Origin: Candidatus Limnocylindria bacterium
Lineage (GTDB): Bacteria > Chloroflexota > Limnocylindria > P2-11E
Direction of reading: 5' to 3'
DNA length: 61,175 nucleotides
Assembly: GCA_036564905.1 (NCBI GenBank)
Contig: DATCOD010000064.1
Span: 1-61,175 of the forward strand
Each line of letters opens with the position of its first letter. Positions within the stretch are counted from its first letter, which is position 1. The translations under genes and the position numbers were made by a program. Shown piece after piece: positions 51,724-59,787 of the stretch. Below the pieces are notes generated by a model. The model saw nothing but the letters and a program-made list of their open reading frames with translations. It searched no databases and was not told the DNA's origin.

Positions 51724-53739
51724 CTAACGGACCGCCGTGTGGCGCCCGGCCATCGCCGGCGCCGGCTCGTCCTCCGCCTCGGGCCGCTCGGTCGCGCTGA
51801 TGACGACGCTCATCGCGATCGCGAGCGTCGCGCCCACGAGCGCCGCGACGAACAGGAGCCCGTCGGCCGGACGCTTGGGCGAGAGCGCGAGTGGCGCCCA
51901 GGTGACGAAGAGCATGTACAAGAGCGCCGCGCCGGAGGTGATGCCGACCGCCGTCGCGAACACGTAGAGCGCGAACCAGCGCTTCGGCCGGCGCAGCACG
52001 GCGTCGAACAGCGACCGGAGCAGGCGGGTCACCGTCCACACGACCAGCGCCGCGATGACCCACGCGATGATCGACCCGAGCCAGGTGACATCGGCGCCAC
52101 TCACGCGAGACACGATCCCGGTCATCTGCCCGACGATCGCCGTCGGATCGAGCAGCTGCAAGAGGGGTCCCCACCGGTCGGGGTTGTTCCCGAGCATGGC
52201 ATTCAAGATCGCGCTCTTCGCCTCGGTCGCGCGGACCGAGCTGAACAGCGTCTCCTGCTCGAGCGATAGCCCGCTCTGCACGAAGGCGCCGAACGACTGC
52301 TGACCGGACGCGATCGCGAAGATCATCGTGATCGACGCGCCCCAGAGGACCGTCACGATCCCGCCGAGACCGTGGATCGCGGACGCGGCGAAGACCAGCG
52401 CGGGTGCCAGGCCGAACGGGGCGGTGACCGGCATCGCGATCGCGAGCGCGGTCCGCTCGCTCGACACGTCGCGCAGCCACACGAAGAGACCCATCAGGGC
52501 CCAGATGACCGCGAGGCCCGGCACGAAGAGGAACAGCAGCGCGGTCTCGAACACCCAACCGATGGTGAGGGCGAGGCCAAGCTGTCCGGCGAAGCCGACC
52601 AGCAGCACGAGACCGGCACCCAGAACCGCCGGGATGGGGCCGAATCCCGCGAGGACGGTGAGGCCGAAGAGGGGGAGCGCCGCGAGCACCCCGTAGAAAC
52701 CGCGGCGGATCGGCTGCCCATACGCGTTGAGCAGCGCGACCACCGGACTCTGTTCGACGCGCGGGACGAAGCCGCGCAGCGGTTCGGTCATCACGTTCGG
52801 CGCGTAGTCGTCGAAGCCGTGATGGGCCGTCGCCGCCGCGGTGTGCGACTGCAGCGTCCGGGTGAGCGCGTCGCCGAGCTCGGTCGCCTTCTGGTACCGG
52901 AGCGCGGGGTCCTTCGCGAGCGCCTTGAGCACGATCGAGTCGACGTCCTTTGGGAGCGACGGGCGCAGGTGGCTCGGCGGCACCGGCGGGCGGACGACAT
53001 GGTCGCGAAGGAGCACCGCGGCATTGCCACTCGTGAACGGCGGCTTGCCCACGAGCATCTCGTACACGACGAGACCGAGCCCGTAGACGTCGGACGCGAC
53101 GGACGCCGGCCGTCCCTCGACGCGCTCCGGCGCGACGTACAGCGCGGTCGCGAACAGCTGCGGGGACTCCGAGTCCTCGGCGGGCGTGCGGGCGATCCCG
53201 AAGTCGCAGATCTTCGGCTTGTCGTTCAGGTCGAGGAGGACGTTCGAGGGCTTCATGTCCGCGTGGATGATCCCTCGTGAGTGCGCGAACGCGAGGCCGT
53301 TCGCGATCCCGTCGGCCAGCCGCACAGCGTCCGCCAGCGGGAGTGCGCCGGTGCGCTCGATGCGCTGCTTCAGAGACGAGCCCGGTACGTACTCCATGAC
53401 GATGAATGGCAACCCGTCGACCTCACCGACGTCGAAGACGCCGACGATGTTCGGGTGGGACAGCTGCGCGAGCGCGCGCGCTTCCTTGACGAAGAGCTTG
53501 CGCAGTGTGCTGTCGGCCGCGGCGTGCGGGTCGAGCACTTTGATCGCGACCTCACGGCCGAGCGCGGTGTCCTGTGCGAGATAGACCTGCGAAGACCCGC
53601 CGGCGCCGATCGGCTCGAGGATCCGGTAGCGCTGATCGAGGATGCGATCCACAGCCAGCTCCGTGCCCCGCGGCGTTCTTTCGACGCCTACGATAGCCCC
53701 GGACTTCCGGTCGAACGCGTTGACCAGCGGATTCCCCAT
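51724..53739 (-). CDS. Ser/Thr protein kinase (Hanks type, non-RD) fused to a polytopic membrane domain
   Basis: 'IGAGGSSQVY', 'VAIKVL', catalytic loop 'HADMKPSNVLL' (HRD is replaced by HAD), 'DFGIA', 'APE'. About 390 aa with about 9-10 hydrophobic segments follow. Confidence 0.88.
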   Translation of the reverse strand: MGNPLVNAFDRKSGAIVGVERTPRGTELAVDRILDQRYRILEPIGAGGSSQVYLAQDTALGREVAIKVLDPHAAADSTLRKLFVKEARALAQLSHPNIVGVFDVGEVDGLPFIVMEYVPGSSLKQRIERTGALPLADAVRLADGIANGLAFAHSRGIIHADMKPSNVLLDLNDKPKICDFGIARTPAEDSESPQLFATALYVAPERVEGRPASVASDVYGLGLVVYEMLVGKPPFTSGNAAVLLRDHVVRPPVPPSHLRPSLPKDVDSIVLKALAKDPALRYQKATELGDALTRTLQSHTAAATAHHGFDDYAPNVMTEPLRGFVPRVEQSPVVALLNAYGQPIRRGFYGVLAALPLFGLTVLAGFGPIPAVLGAGLVLLVGFAGQLGLALTIGWVFETALLFLFVPGLAVIWALMGLFVWLRDVSSERTALAIAMPVTAPFGLAPALVFAASAIHGLGGIVTVLWGASITMIFAIASGQQSFGAFVQSGLSLEQETLFSSVRATEAKSAILNAMLGNNPDRWGPLLQLLDPTAIVGQMTGIVSRVSGADVTWLGSIIAWVIAALVVWTVTRLLRSLFDAVLRRPKRWFALYVFATAVGITSGAALLYMLFVTWAPLALSPKRPADGLLFVAALVGATLAIAMSVVISATERPEAEDEPAPAMAGRHTAVR

Positions 53740-53886
53740 CGTGTTCCCTCGCCGCGTGTCGCGTCGCTCGAGGAGACCAACGGAGAGCGAGCATGCGCGT
53801 TATTCCGAGGTTGGAGGCGCGGTCCTAGGACGTTCGACCAGGGCACCGAGACCGCTTCGATACGGGTCGGTACGGCTGGTCCGTTC

Positions 53887-54537
53887 TCAGGGCTTGGGTG
53901 AGGGCGACGGCCGCGCCGGCGCGAGCGGCCGGGGACGTACGGACTTGGTGAACGAACGGTTCACCCATCTCGTGATCTCCGCCGCGATCAGCGGCTTGAG
54001 CGCCGTCGCCCGATCCGCGCTCAGCCGGTTCGCCGACACGGCCTGATCCACCTTGTCGTTGGCGGCCTTCGTGAGCGCATCGATGAGCCCCTGCGCGCTC
54101 TTGCCTTGCGAAGCGAGACCGTTCGCGACATCGGCGGCGCTCTTGCCGCCGCGCAAGTCGCGGACCAGCGTCGTGAGGTCCATCCCGAGATAGGCGCTCG
54201 CGGCCTTCGCCAGATCGCCGACGAACGACCGTGCGTTCGGGATCGTCGTCGGACGGGTCGGCTTCGGGTTCGCCGGCGCGGGCGCCGCGGCCTTCACCGC
54301 CTGGAGGATCGCGTCCTCCTGCGTCTGGGTGATGGCGCCCTTCGCCACCAGCCCGTCGAGGACGGTCTTCAAGCGATCTTTCGGCTGATCGCGCTGCACG
54401 AGCGCGGCGGTCGTCGCCGGCGCGACGCTCTGGTCGGCTCCGGCGAACGGTTGGAAGCCCGCGAGGGCCACCCCTCCGACGAGCGTCGTGGTGAGCGCAG
54501 CCCCCGCAACCGCGACCGCGAGCTTCTGCTTGGTCAT
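53887..54537 (-). CDS. Secreted hypothetical protein, Ala/Lys-rich helical with Pro-rich tail
   Basis: Signal-like 'MTKQKLAVAVAGAALTTTLVGGVALAG'. No family recognised. Same strand as, and upstream of, the kinase. Confidence 0.5.
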   Translation of the reverse strand: MTKQKLAVAVAGAALTTTLVGGVALAGFQPFAGADQSVAPATTAALVQRDQPKDRLKTVLDGLVAKGAITQTQEDAILQAVKAAAPAPANPKPTRPTTIPNARSFVGDLAKAASAYLGMDLTTLVRDLRGGKSAADVANGLASQGKSAQGLIDALTKAANDKVDQAVSANRLSADRATALKPLIAAEITRWVNRSFTKSVRPRPLAPARPSPSPKP

Positions 54538-54644
54538 CGCACCCACCTCCTGAACGCCTACTCAGCGATAACGTACGGCGGACCCGCCGGCGCGTCATTT
54601 GGGGCTCGGGTGCGCACTTTTTACGAATTCTTGACAATCTTGGG

Positions 54645-56087
54645 ATGCCCGCCGTCACCGCGCGTTCGGCGCGTCCGCCCCAGCCGCCGCTGAAGGTCGC
54701 CTTCGCCGCCGCCGAGGCCGCGCCATTCGCGAAGGTCGGTGGCCTCGCCGACGTCGCCGGCTCCCTCCCGCAGGCGCTCGCCCGGCTTGGCTGCGCGGTC
54801 ACGCTGTACGTCCCGCTCCACGGCACGATCGATCGCGCGAAGTGGGGCATCCCGGACCGGGGCGTGGAGCGCTCGGTCACCTATGGCGCGTCGCACGTGC
54901 GCGTCGCCTATCCCTGGATCGAACGTGACGGCGTTCGCGTCGTGTTCGTCGCGAACACGCGGATCGGGCGCGACCGGGTGTATGGCGTGCCCGATGACGC
55001 GAAGCGCTACGCCTTCTTCTGCCGTGCCGTCGCGACCGCCCTGGCCGATGAGCCGGCCGACGTGGTGCACGCGCACGATTGGCATGCGGCGCTCCTCGTC
55101 CCGATGATCGGCCGGAAGGCCGCGACCGTCTTCACGATCCACAACCTCGCCTACCAGGGGAGAACGTCCGCGGAGATCCTCGAGCCGGTCGGCCTGCGGA
55201 AGACGCGCGTCACTCCCGAGCGGCCGGGCGAGTGCAACCCGATGGCCCGCGCGATCGCCCGCGCGGACATCGTGAGCACGGTCAGCCCGCGTTACGCCAA
55301 GGAGATCCTCACTCCGGAATTCGGTGAGGGCCTGGAGGGTCTGCTCCAGAAGCGCAAGTCCGATCTGCGCGGGATCGTCAACGGGATCGACACCGACCTC
55401 TTCGATCCGGCGAGTGACCCGCATATCGCGGCGCACTACTCGGCCGGCGATCGCCGGGGCAAGGCGCAGTGCAAGGCCGCGCTCCAGACGGAAGGCGGGC
55501 TCCGCATCGACGCCGAAACGCCCGTGCTCGGGGTGATCGGACGCCTGGTCGAGCAGAAGGGCATCGATCTGCTCACCGCGGTCGCCTCCGATCTCCTCGA
55601 AGGTGGGGCGCAGCTGGTGGTGCTCGGCAGCGGTGACCCGGTGTACGAGGAGCGCTGGCGCACCCTTCGTGAGCGCTACCCGGCGCGTCTCTTCTTGACG
55701 CTCGGGTTCGACGCCGCGCTCGCGCAGCGGATCTATGCCGGCTGCGACCTGTTCCTCATGCCGTCGCGGTTCGAGCCCTGTGGGCTCGGACAGCTCATCT
55801 CGCTCCGCTACGGGACCGTGCCGGTCGTGCGCGCGGTCGGCGGGCTCGCCGACACCGTCCGCGATCTCGACCAGCATCCGCGTGACGGGAACGGCTTCTC
55901 GTTCGCCCAGTACGACCGCGTGGCGTTCTCCGGCGCGCTGGCGCGCGCGCTCCGGGCGTATCGCCGGGACGGCGATCTCTGGAACGAGCTCCGCGGCCGC
56001 GCGATGCACGAGGACCATTCGTGGGCCGCGTCGGCGAAGCAGTACCTGGACCTGTATGCGCTCGCGAGGAAGCGGCACCGCGCGTGA
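54645..56087 (+). CDS. glgA: Glycogen (starch) synthase, ADP-glucose type (GT5)
   Basis: 'LKVAFAAAEAAPFAKVGGLADV', 'HAHDWHAAL', 'TIHNLAYQG', 'VSPRYAKEI', 'GRLVEQKG', 'PSRFEPCGLGQL'. Confidence 0.92.
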   Translation: MPAVTARSARPPQPPLKVAFAAAEAAPFAKVGGLADVAGSLPQALARLGCAVTLYVPLHGTIDRAKWGIPDRGVERSVTYGASHVRVAYPWIERDGVRVVFVANTRIGRDRVYGVPDDAKRYAFFCRAVATALADEPADVVHAHDWHAALLVPMIGRKAATVFTIHNLAYQGRTSAEILEPVGLRKTRVTPERPGECNPMARAIARADIVSTVSPRYAKEILTPEFGEGLEGLLQKRKSDLRGIVNGIDTDLFDPASDPHIAAHYSAGDRRGKAQCKAALQTEGGLRIDAETPVLGVIGRLVEQKGIDLLTAVASDLLEGGAQLVVLGSGDPVYEERWRTLRERYPARLFLTLGFDAALAQRIYAGCDLFLMPSRFEPCGLGQLISLRYGTVPVVRAVGGLADTVRDLDQHPRDGNGFSFAQYDRVAFSGALARALRAYRRDGDLWNELRGRAMHEDHSWAASAKQYLDLYALARKRHRA

Positions 56088-57172
56088 GCATCGCCCAGCT
56101 CGAGGAACGTATCGCCGCGCTCCCGCCCGAGGCCCGCGCCGCCGCCGCGCGGATCTACGCCGTGAGCACGACCACGGGCACGCTCGTCGCGCCCGACGAG
56201 ATGCGGGCCTGGATCGAAAAGCTGTTCGGCTCGGTCGAGGCGGTGGCGTCGCAACGGATCGTCCGCGTCACCGATCGCTTCACGCTCGACGGCGCGCTGT
56301 TCAACGATCTCCGCGCGAGGCGGCCGATGTCGGTGCCCGAGAAGAGCGGCGCCGAGGTGGCCGAGACCATCCGGTCGACGGAGAACGATCCGTTCTGCCA
56401 CCCCGAGACCGGCACGCCGGCCGACGACTTCGGGCGGATCTCCGGCCGGCTCGGCGTCACCGCATCGAACGTCGCGAAGTACGACGGCTACCACGGCGTG
56501 CTCGTCTTCAACGTCCACGACCCGCTGGTGCCGATGGACGCGGCAGCCATCGCCGATCACTTCGCGACTGCGCGCGCGTGGGCGGAAGCCGCGTTCGGGC
56601 GCGACCCGGCGGCTCCGTATTACTTCCTCATGTGGAACTGCCTCTGGCGCGCCGGCGCGTCGATCGTCCACGGGCACATGCAGATGACCATGACCCGCGG
56701 GATGCATTACCCGAAGATCGAGCGCCTTCGTCGAGCCCAGGTCGCCTACGACGCGGCACATCAGCGCGACTACTTCGACGATCTCTGGCTCGTGCACGAC
56801 GCCCTTGGGCTCGGCGTCACCGTCGGCGGCGCGCGGGTCTTCGCGACGCTCACGCCGGTCAAGGAGCGGGAGCTGGTGGTCCTCGGCGATCCCGGCGCGA
56901 ACGAGCGGACGATCGCGGCCGGGGTCAGTGTCGCGCTCGGTGCGCTGCGGTCCCTCGGGGTGGTCGCGCACGATCTCGCCCTCTGCCTGCCGCCGCTCGC
57001 GGCCGACGGGTCCGACTGGCGCCGCTTTCCCGCGGTCGCCCGCGTGGTCGACCGCGGCGACCCGGGGAACCGGACGTCCGATATCGGGTCGATGGAGCTC
57101 TACGCGGCGAGCGTCATCGCAGCCGATCCGTTCGCGGTCGCCGCGGCGTTACACGGACTCGCCGCGCGGTGA
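56084..57172 (+). CDS. GalT-like HIT-superfamily nucleotidyltransferase/phosphorylase (ADP-glucose-phosphorylase-like)
   Basis: GTGA overlap with the glgA stop. 'NDPFCHPE', 'NVAKYDGYHGVLVF', histidine triad variant 'SIVHGHMQM' (HxHxQ). Confidence 0.6.
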   Translation: MSIAQLEERIAALPPEARAAAARIYAVSTTTGTLVAPDEMRAWIEKLFGSVEAVASQRIVRVTDRFTLDGALFNDLRARRPMSVPEKSGAEVAETIRSTENDPFCHPETGTPADDFGRISGRLGVTASNVAKYDGYHGVLVFNVHDPLVPMDAAAIADHFATARAWAEAAFGRDPAAPYYFLMWNCLWRAGASIVHGHMQMTMTRGMHYPKIERLRRAQVAYDAAHQRDYFDDLWLVHDALGLGVTVGGARVFATLTPVKERELVVLGDPGANERTIAAGVSVALGALRSLGVVAHDLALCLPPLAADGSDWRRFPAVARVVDRGDPGNRTSDIGSMELYAASVIAADPFAVAAALHGLAAR

Positions 57173-57228
57173 ACGGACACTGGTGAGCTATTGACGGTCA
57201 CTTCGGCGCCGGTATACGGTCGCGGCTG

Positions 57229-57675
57229 ATGGCTGACGCCACCTTCGTCTCGCGGCGAGATACCGCCTTCCGCGAGTTCCCACCGGCGTCGGCGCAATTG
57301 GCGGTGATCATCCCGTTCTACGGCGACCTCACCGTGTGGGTGCGTAAGGACCCATCGACGGGCTGGCAGTTCCCGACGAGCACCCGTCGCTCCGGCGAGA
57401 CGATCCTCGAGGTCGCGAAACGCGAGCTCTGGGATTCCGCGCGCGTCGTCGCATCGAAGCTCGATCTCATCGGCGCGATCCGCTCCACCGACCCGAAGCC
57501 CTCGACGTCCTACGTGTACATGTGCGACGTGCGGCACGTCCCATGGGCCTACGAGATCCCGGAGGACGTCGCCGAGATCGGCGTCTTCGTGCGCGCGCCG
57601 CGGCCGCTCGCAACGGATTGGAGTGAGGTCGTGCTCGAGGCGGCGCTCCGGGCACGGAAGACCGGGCTCCGCTAG
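57229..57675 (+). CDS. Nudix-fold protein with degenerate Nudix box
   Basis: 'GWQFPTSTRRSGETILEVAKRELWDSARV' aligns to Gx5Ex7REUxEExGU, but EE is replaced by DS and the first Gly by Ser. Confidence 0.45.
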   Translation: MADATFVSRRDTAFREFPPASAQLAVIIPFYGDLTVWVRKDPSTGWQFPTSTRRSGETILEVAKRELWDSARVVASKLDLIGAIRSTDPKPSTSYVYMCDVRHVPWAYEIPEDVAEIGVFVRAPRPLATDWSEVVLEAALRARKTGLR

Positions 57676-57788
57676 CGCCGCCGGACCCGCCGGAACCGCC
57701 CGAACTGGGCCCCGCGGAACCGCCGCGCTGGCGCTTCTGGCCGGTCCTCGCGAGCGCCTTCGCCGCGTTCCTCCTCGCGAACATCGCG

Positions 57789-58406
57789 GTGCTCCTGGCC
57801 GGTCGCCTCTTCGCCATCCCGATCGGCCAGCTCGACAAGCTCACGCCGGCGCAGATCGCCATTCTCACGACGGCCCAGGACGCGACCCTCGGGCTTGGCT
57901 TGGTGGTCCTGCTGCGCGTGTGGCCGAAGCTGCGTCGGGCCGATCTCGGCCTGGGGGCGCCGGTCCGCGCCCGGATCGGCGTCGCGACGGGCGTGGCCCT
58001 GTGGCTGCTCTCGATCGTCATCGCGAACCTGCAGGCCGCCGTCGTCGGCTCGCACCCGCAAGCGCTCATCGTCGCGGCGGCGGCCCACCGCTCGCTCCCC
58101 GGGCTGGCGATCGATCTGGTGTTCGGCGCCGGCATCGTGGGCGTCGTCGAGGAGCTCTTCTTCCGGGTCGTCCTCTTCGGCCTGCTCCGTCAACGGATGC
58201 GGTTCGCGTACGCGGCTGCGCTGTCGAGCGCGCTGTTCGCGGTCGCGCACGAGATCACCGCCTGGCTCCCGGTCTTCGCGCTCGGGCTCGGCCTGGCGTA
58301 CCTGTACGAGAAACGGCACAGCCTCTGGACGAACGCCCTGGCCCACGGGACGCTGAACGCGATCTCGTTCCTGCTGCTGTTCCTGCTCCCTGATCTTGGG
58401 AGCTAG
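57789..58406 (+). CDS. CPBP-family intramembrane glutamic protease (CAAX/Abi); N-terminus probably extends upstream
   Basis: 'VVEELFFRVVLFG', 'FAVAHE', 'HGTLNA'. The GTG at 57789 cuts a TM helix ('RFWPVLASAFAAFLLANIAVLLAG') that is encoded in-frame upstream. Confidence 0.8.
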   Translation: MLLAGRLFAIPIGQLDKLTPAQIAILTTAQDATLGLGLVVLLRVWPKLRRADLGLGAPVRARIGVATGVALWLLSIVIANLQAAVVGSHPQALIVAAAAHRSLPGLAIDLVFGAGIVGVVEELFFRVVLFGLLRQRMRFAYAAALSSALFAVAHEITAWLPVFALGLGLAYLYEKRHSLWTNALAHGTLNAISFLLLFLLPDLGS

Positions 58407-58435
58407 CCAGCCGCGCATCAGAACGGACGGTGAGC

Positions 58436-58592
58436 TGATCCAGAATCAGGAAATCACGTTTCCAACGAAGAATCGTCAATCAGGCGCGAATCGGGAGGGC
58501 AGCAGGCCTCCCCAAAAGTGTTCTGACCGGTAATCAGCCAATCACTTCCACCAAAGCCAATCACCGTCCGCGATCCGAATCAGGTAATCGCT
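58436..58592. repeat. AT-richer non-coding block packed with AATC(A/G) motifs and two direct-repeat pairs
   Basis: Seven AATCA and three AATCG motifs in about 155 bp. GATCC(A)GAATCAGG(A/T)AATC occurs at about 58436 and about 58572. AGCCAATCAC occurs at 58536-58545 and 58555-58564. Confidence 0.8.
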
Positions 58593-59535
58593 AGCCCGCA
58601 GCCGACCGGGGAGTCGATCGGGTCCTGGTCGCAGGCCCACGATCGCTCTTGGGCGCATGCGCGACGAGGAGCTCGAGGAAGGTCGCGAGCGGTCCGGTGG
58701 CGGGTCCCGCGTCTCGCCGACGGACCGCGATGATCGTCCGCCGTACGGGCGTCATATCGGTGACGCGCACCGCGCGCAGTCGCTGGCTTCGTAGCTCGGC
58801 CGTCACCGCGCTCTGCGGGAGGAGGGCGACGCCGAGCTCTTCCTGGACCATGCGTTTCGCGGCGTCGATGTTGTCGACCTCGAGGAAGCTGCGCGGCTGC
58901 ACGCCAGCCGTTCGGAACAGCACACGGGTGAGCTCGTGGTAGCTGGACGCGCGGTCGAACGTCACGAGCTGCTCGCTGGCCAGGTCGCGCATCCGGATCT
59001 GCGGTACTCGAGTGAAACGATGTCCGCGGTGTGCGACGAGAATGAGCCGGTCTTCGTAGACCGGCATGGACGTGATCTTGGGGTGCCGGAGCGGCCGCAT
59101 CACGCCGACCTGCACCTCGCCGCGTAGGACGAGATCGAGCAGCTCCTCGGAATGGCCGCTCCTGACCGAGAGCCGCGCGTCCGGGTAGGTCTCCCGGAGG
59201 CGACGCAGGACAACTGGCAGCACGTACGCGCTCACCGCTGGCGCGGCACCGATCGCGATCGCATCGGAGCGACCACCCGCGAGTTCGCGGGCCCGTTGGG
59301 CGCCTTCTTCGGTGGCCGCGATCGCGCGTTCGGCATAGGGGAGCAGTGCGCGCCCGGCCTCGGTGAGCCGGCTGCCGCCGCGTCCGCGCGCGACGAGCTC
59401 GCACCCGAGCTCCTCTTCGAGCGCCTTCAGGCGGGCCGTGAGCGCGGGCTGGGTGATGAACAGCTGCTCCGCCGCGCGGCCGATGGTCCCCGTGCGGGCG
59501 ATCTCGACGAGGCCCTGGAGCTGCGCGAGCTGCAT
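58591..59535 (-). CDS. LysR-family transcriptional regulator
   Basis: 'LQGLVEIARTGTIGRAAEQLFITQPALTARLKALEEELG' HTH plus a periplasmic-binding-like effector domain. Confidence 0.9.
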   Translation of the reverse strand: MQLAQLQGLVEIARTGTIGRAAEQLFITQPALTARLKALEEELGCELVARGRGGSRLTEAGRALLPYAERAIAATEEGAQRARELAGGRSDAIAIGAAPAVSAYVLPVVLRRLRETYPDARLSVRSGHSEELLDLVLRGEVQVGVMRPLRHPKITSMPVYEDRLILVAHRGHRFTRVPQIRMRDLASEQLVTFDRASSYHELTRVLFRTAGVQPRSFLEVDNIDAAKRMVQEELGVALLPQSAVTAELRSQRLRAVRVTDMTPVRRTIIAVRRRDAGPATGPLATFLELLVAHAPKSDRGPATRTRSTPRSAAG

Positions 59536-59570
59536 GTCCGAAGTGTACCGTGGTCATAAGGACACTGAAT

Positions 59571-59590
59571 GAATGACATCGAAATCATTC
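59571..59590. promoter_or_regulatory. LTTR-box-like interrupted palindrome GAATGA-N8-TCATTC
   Basis: Lies in the divergent LysR / small-ORF-ICL spacer, 36-55 nt from the LysR ATG. Confidence 0.45.
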
Positions 59591-59644
59591 GCTTGACTGA
59601 TGTATGAGCCAGGCCGAGTGTTCGCCTCCCTGGAGGTCACACCC

Positions 59645-59776
59645 ATGACCATCTCCCGACAGACGGACAGCGACGACACATCCCTTCGGATCCCGCGGAC
59701 CTGGCTGGAGCAGCACGCGCCCGCGGAGCTCGAGTGCGTGTGCCCCGAGTCCTGCCCGCTCGATCACGACAACTAA
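59645..59776 (+). CDS. Small Cys-containing ORF (43 aa, MTISRQTDSDDTSLRIPRTWLEQHAPAELECVCPESCPLDHDN), not in the ORF track
   Basis: SD GGAGG (59632-59636) 8 nt before the ATG. 39 of 43 codons end in G/C. The TAA stop overlaps the SD (AAGGAG) of the downstream ICL-family gene. Confidence 0.5.
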   Translation: MTISRQTDSDDTSLRIPRTWLEQHAPAELECVCPESCPLDHDN

Positions 59777-59787
59777 GGAGAGCCGAG

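Noticed and set aside
54631-54636. Consensus TTGACA hexamer upstream of glgA as its -35 element.
   Set aside because: It ends only 8 nt before the annotated ATG (54645), and no -10-like hexamer follows at 16-18 nt. If anything, GACAAT at -12..-7 would fit another leaderless start. The evidence is too weak to call.
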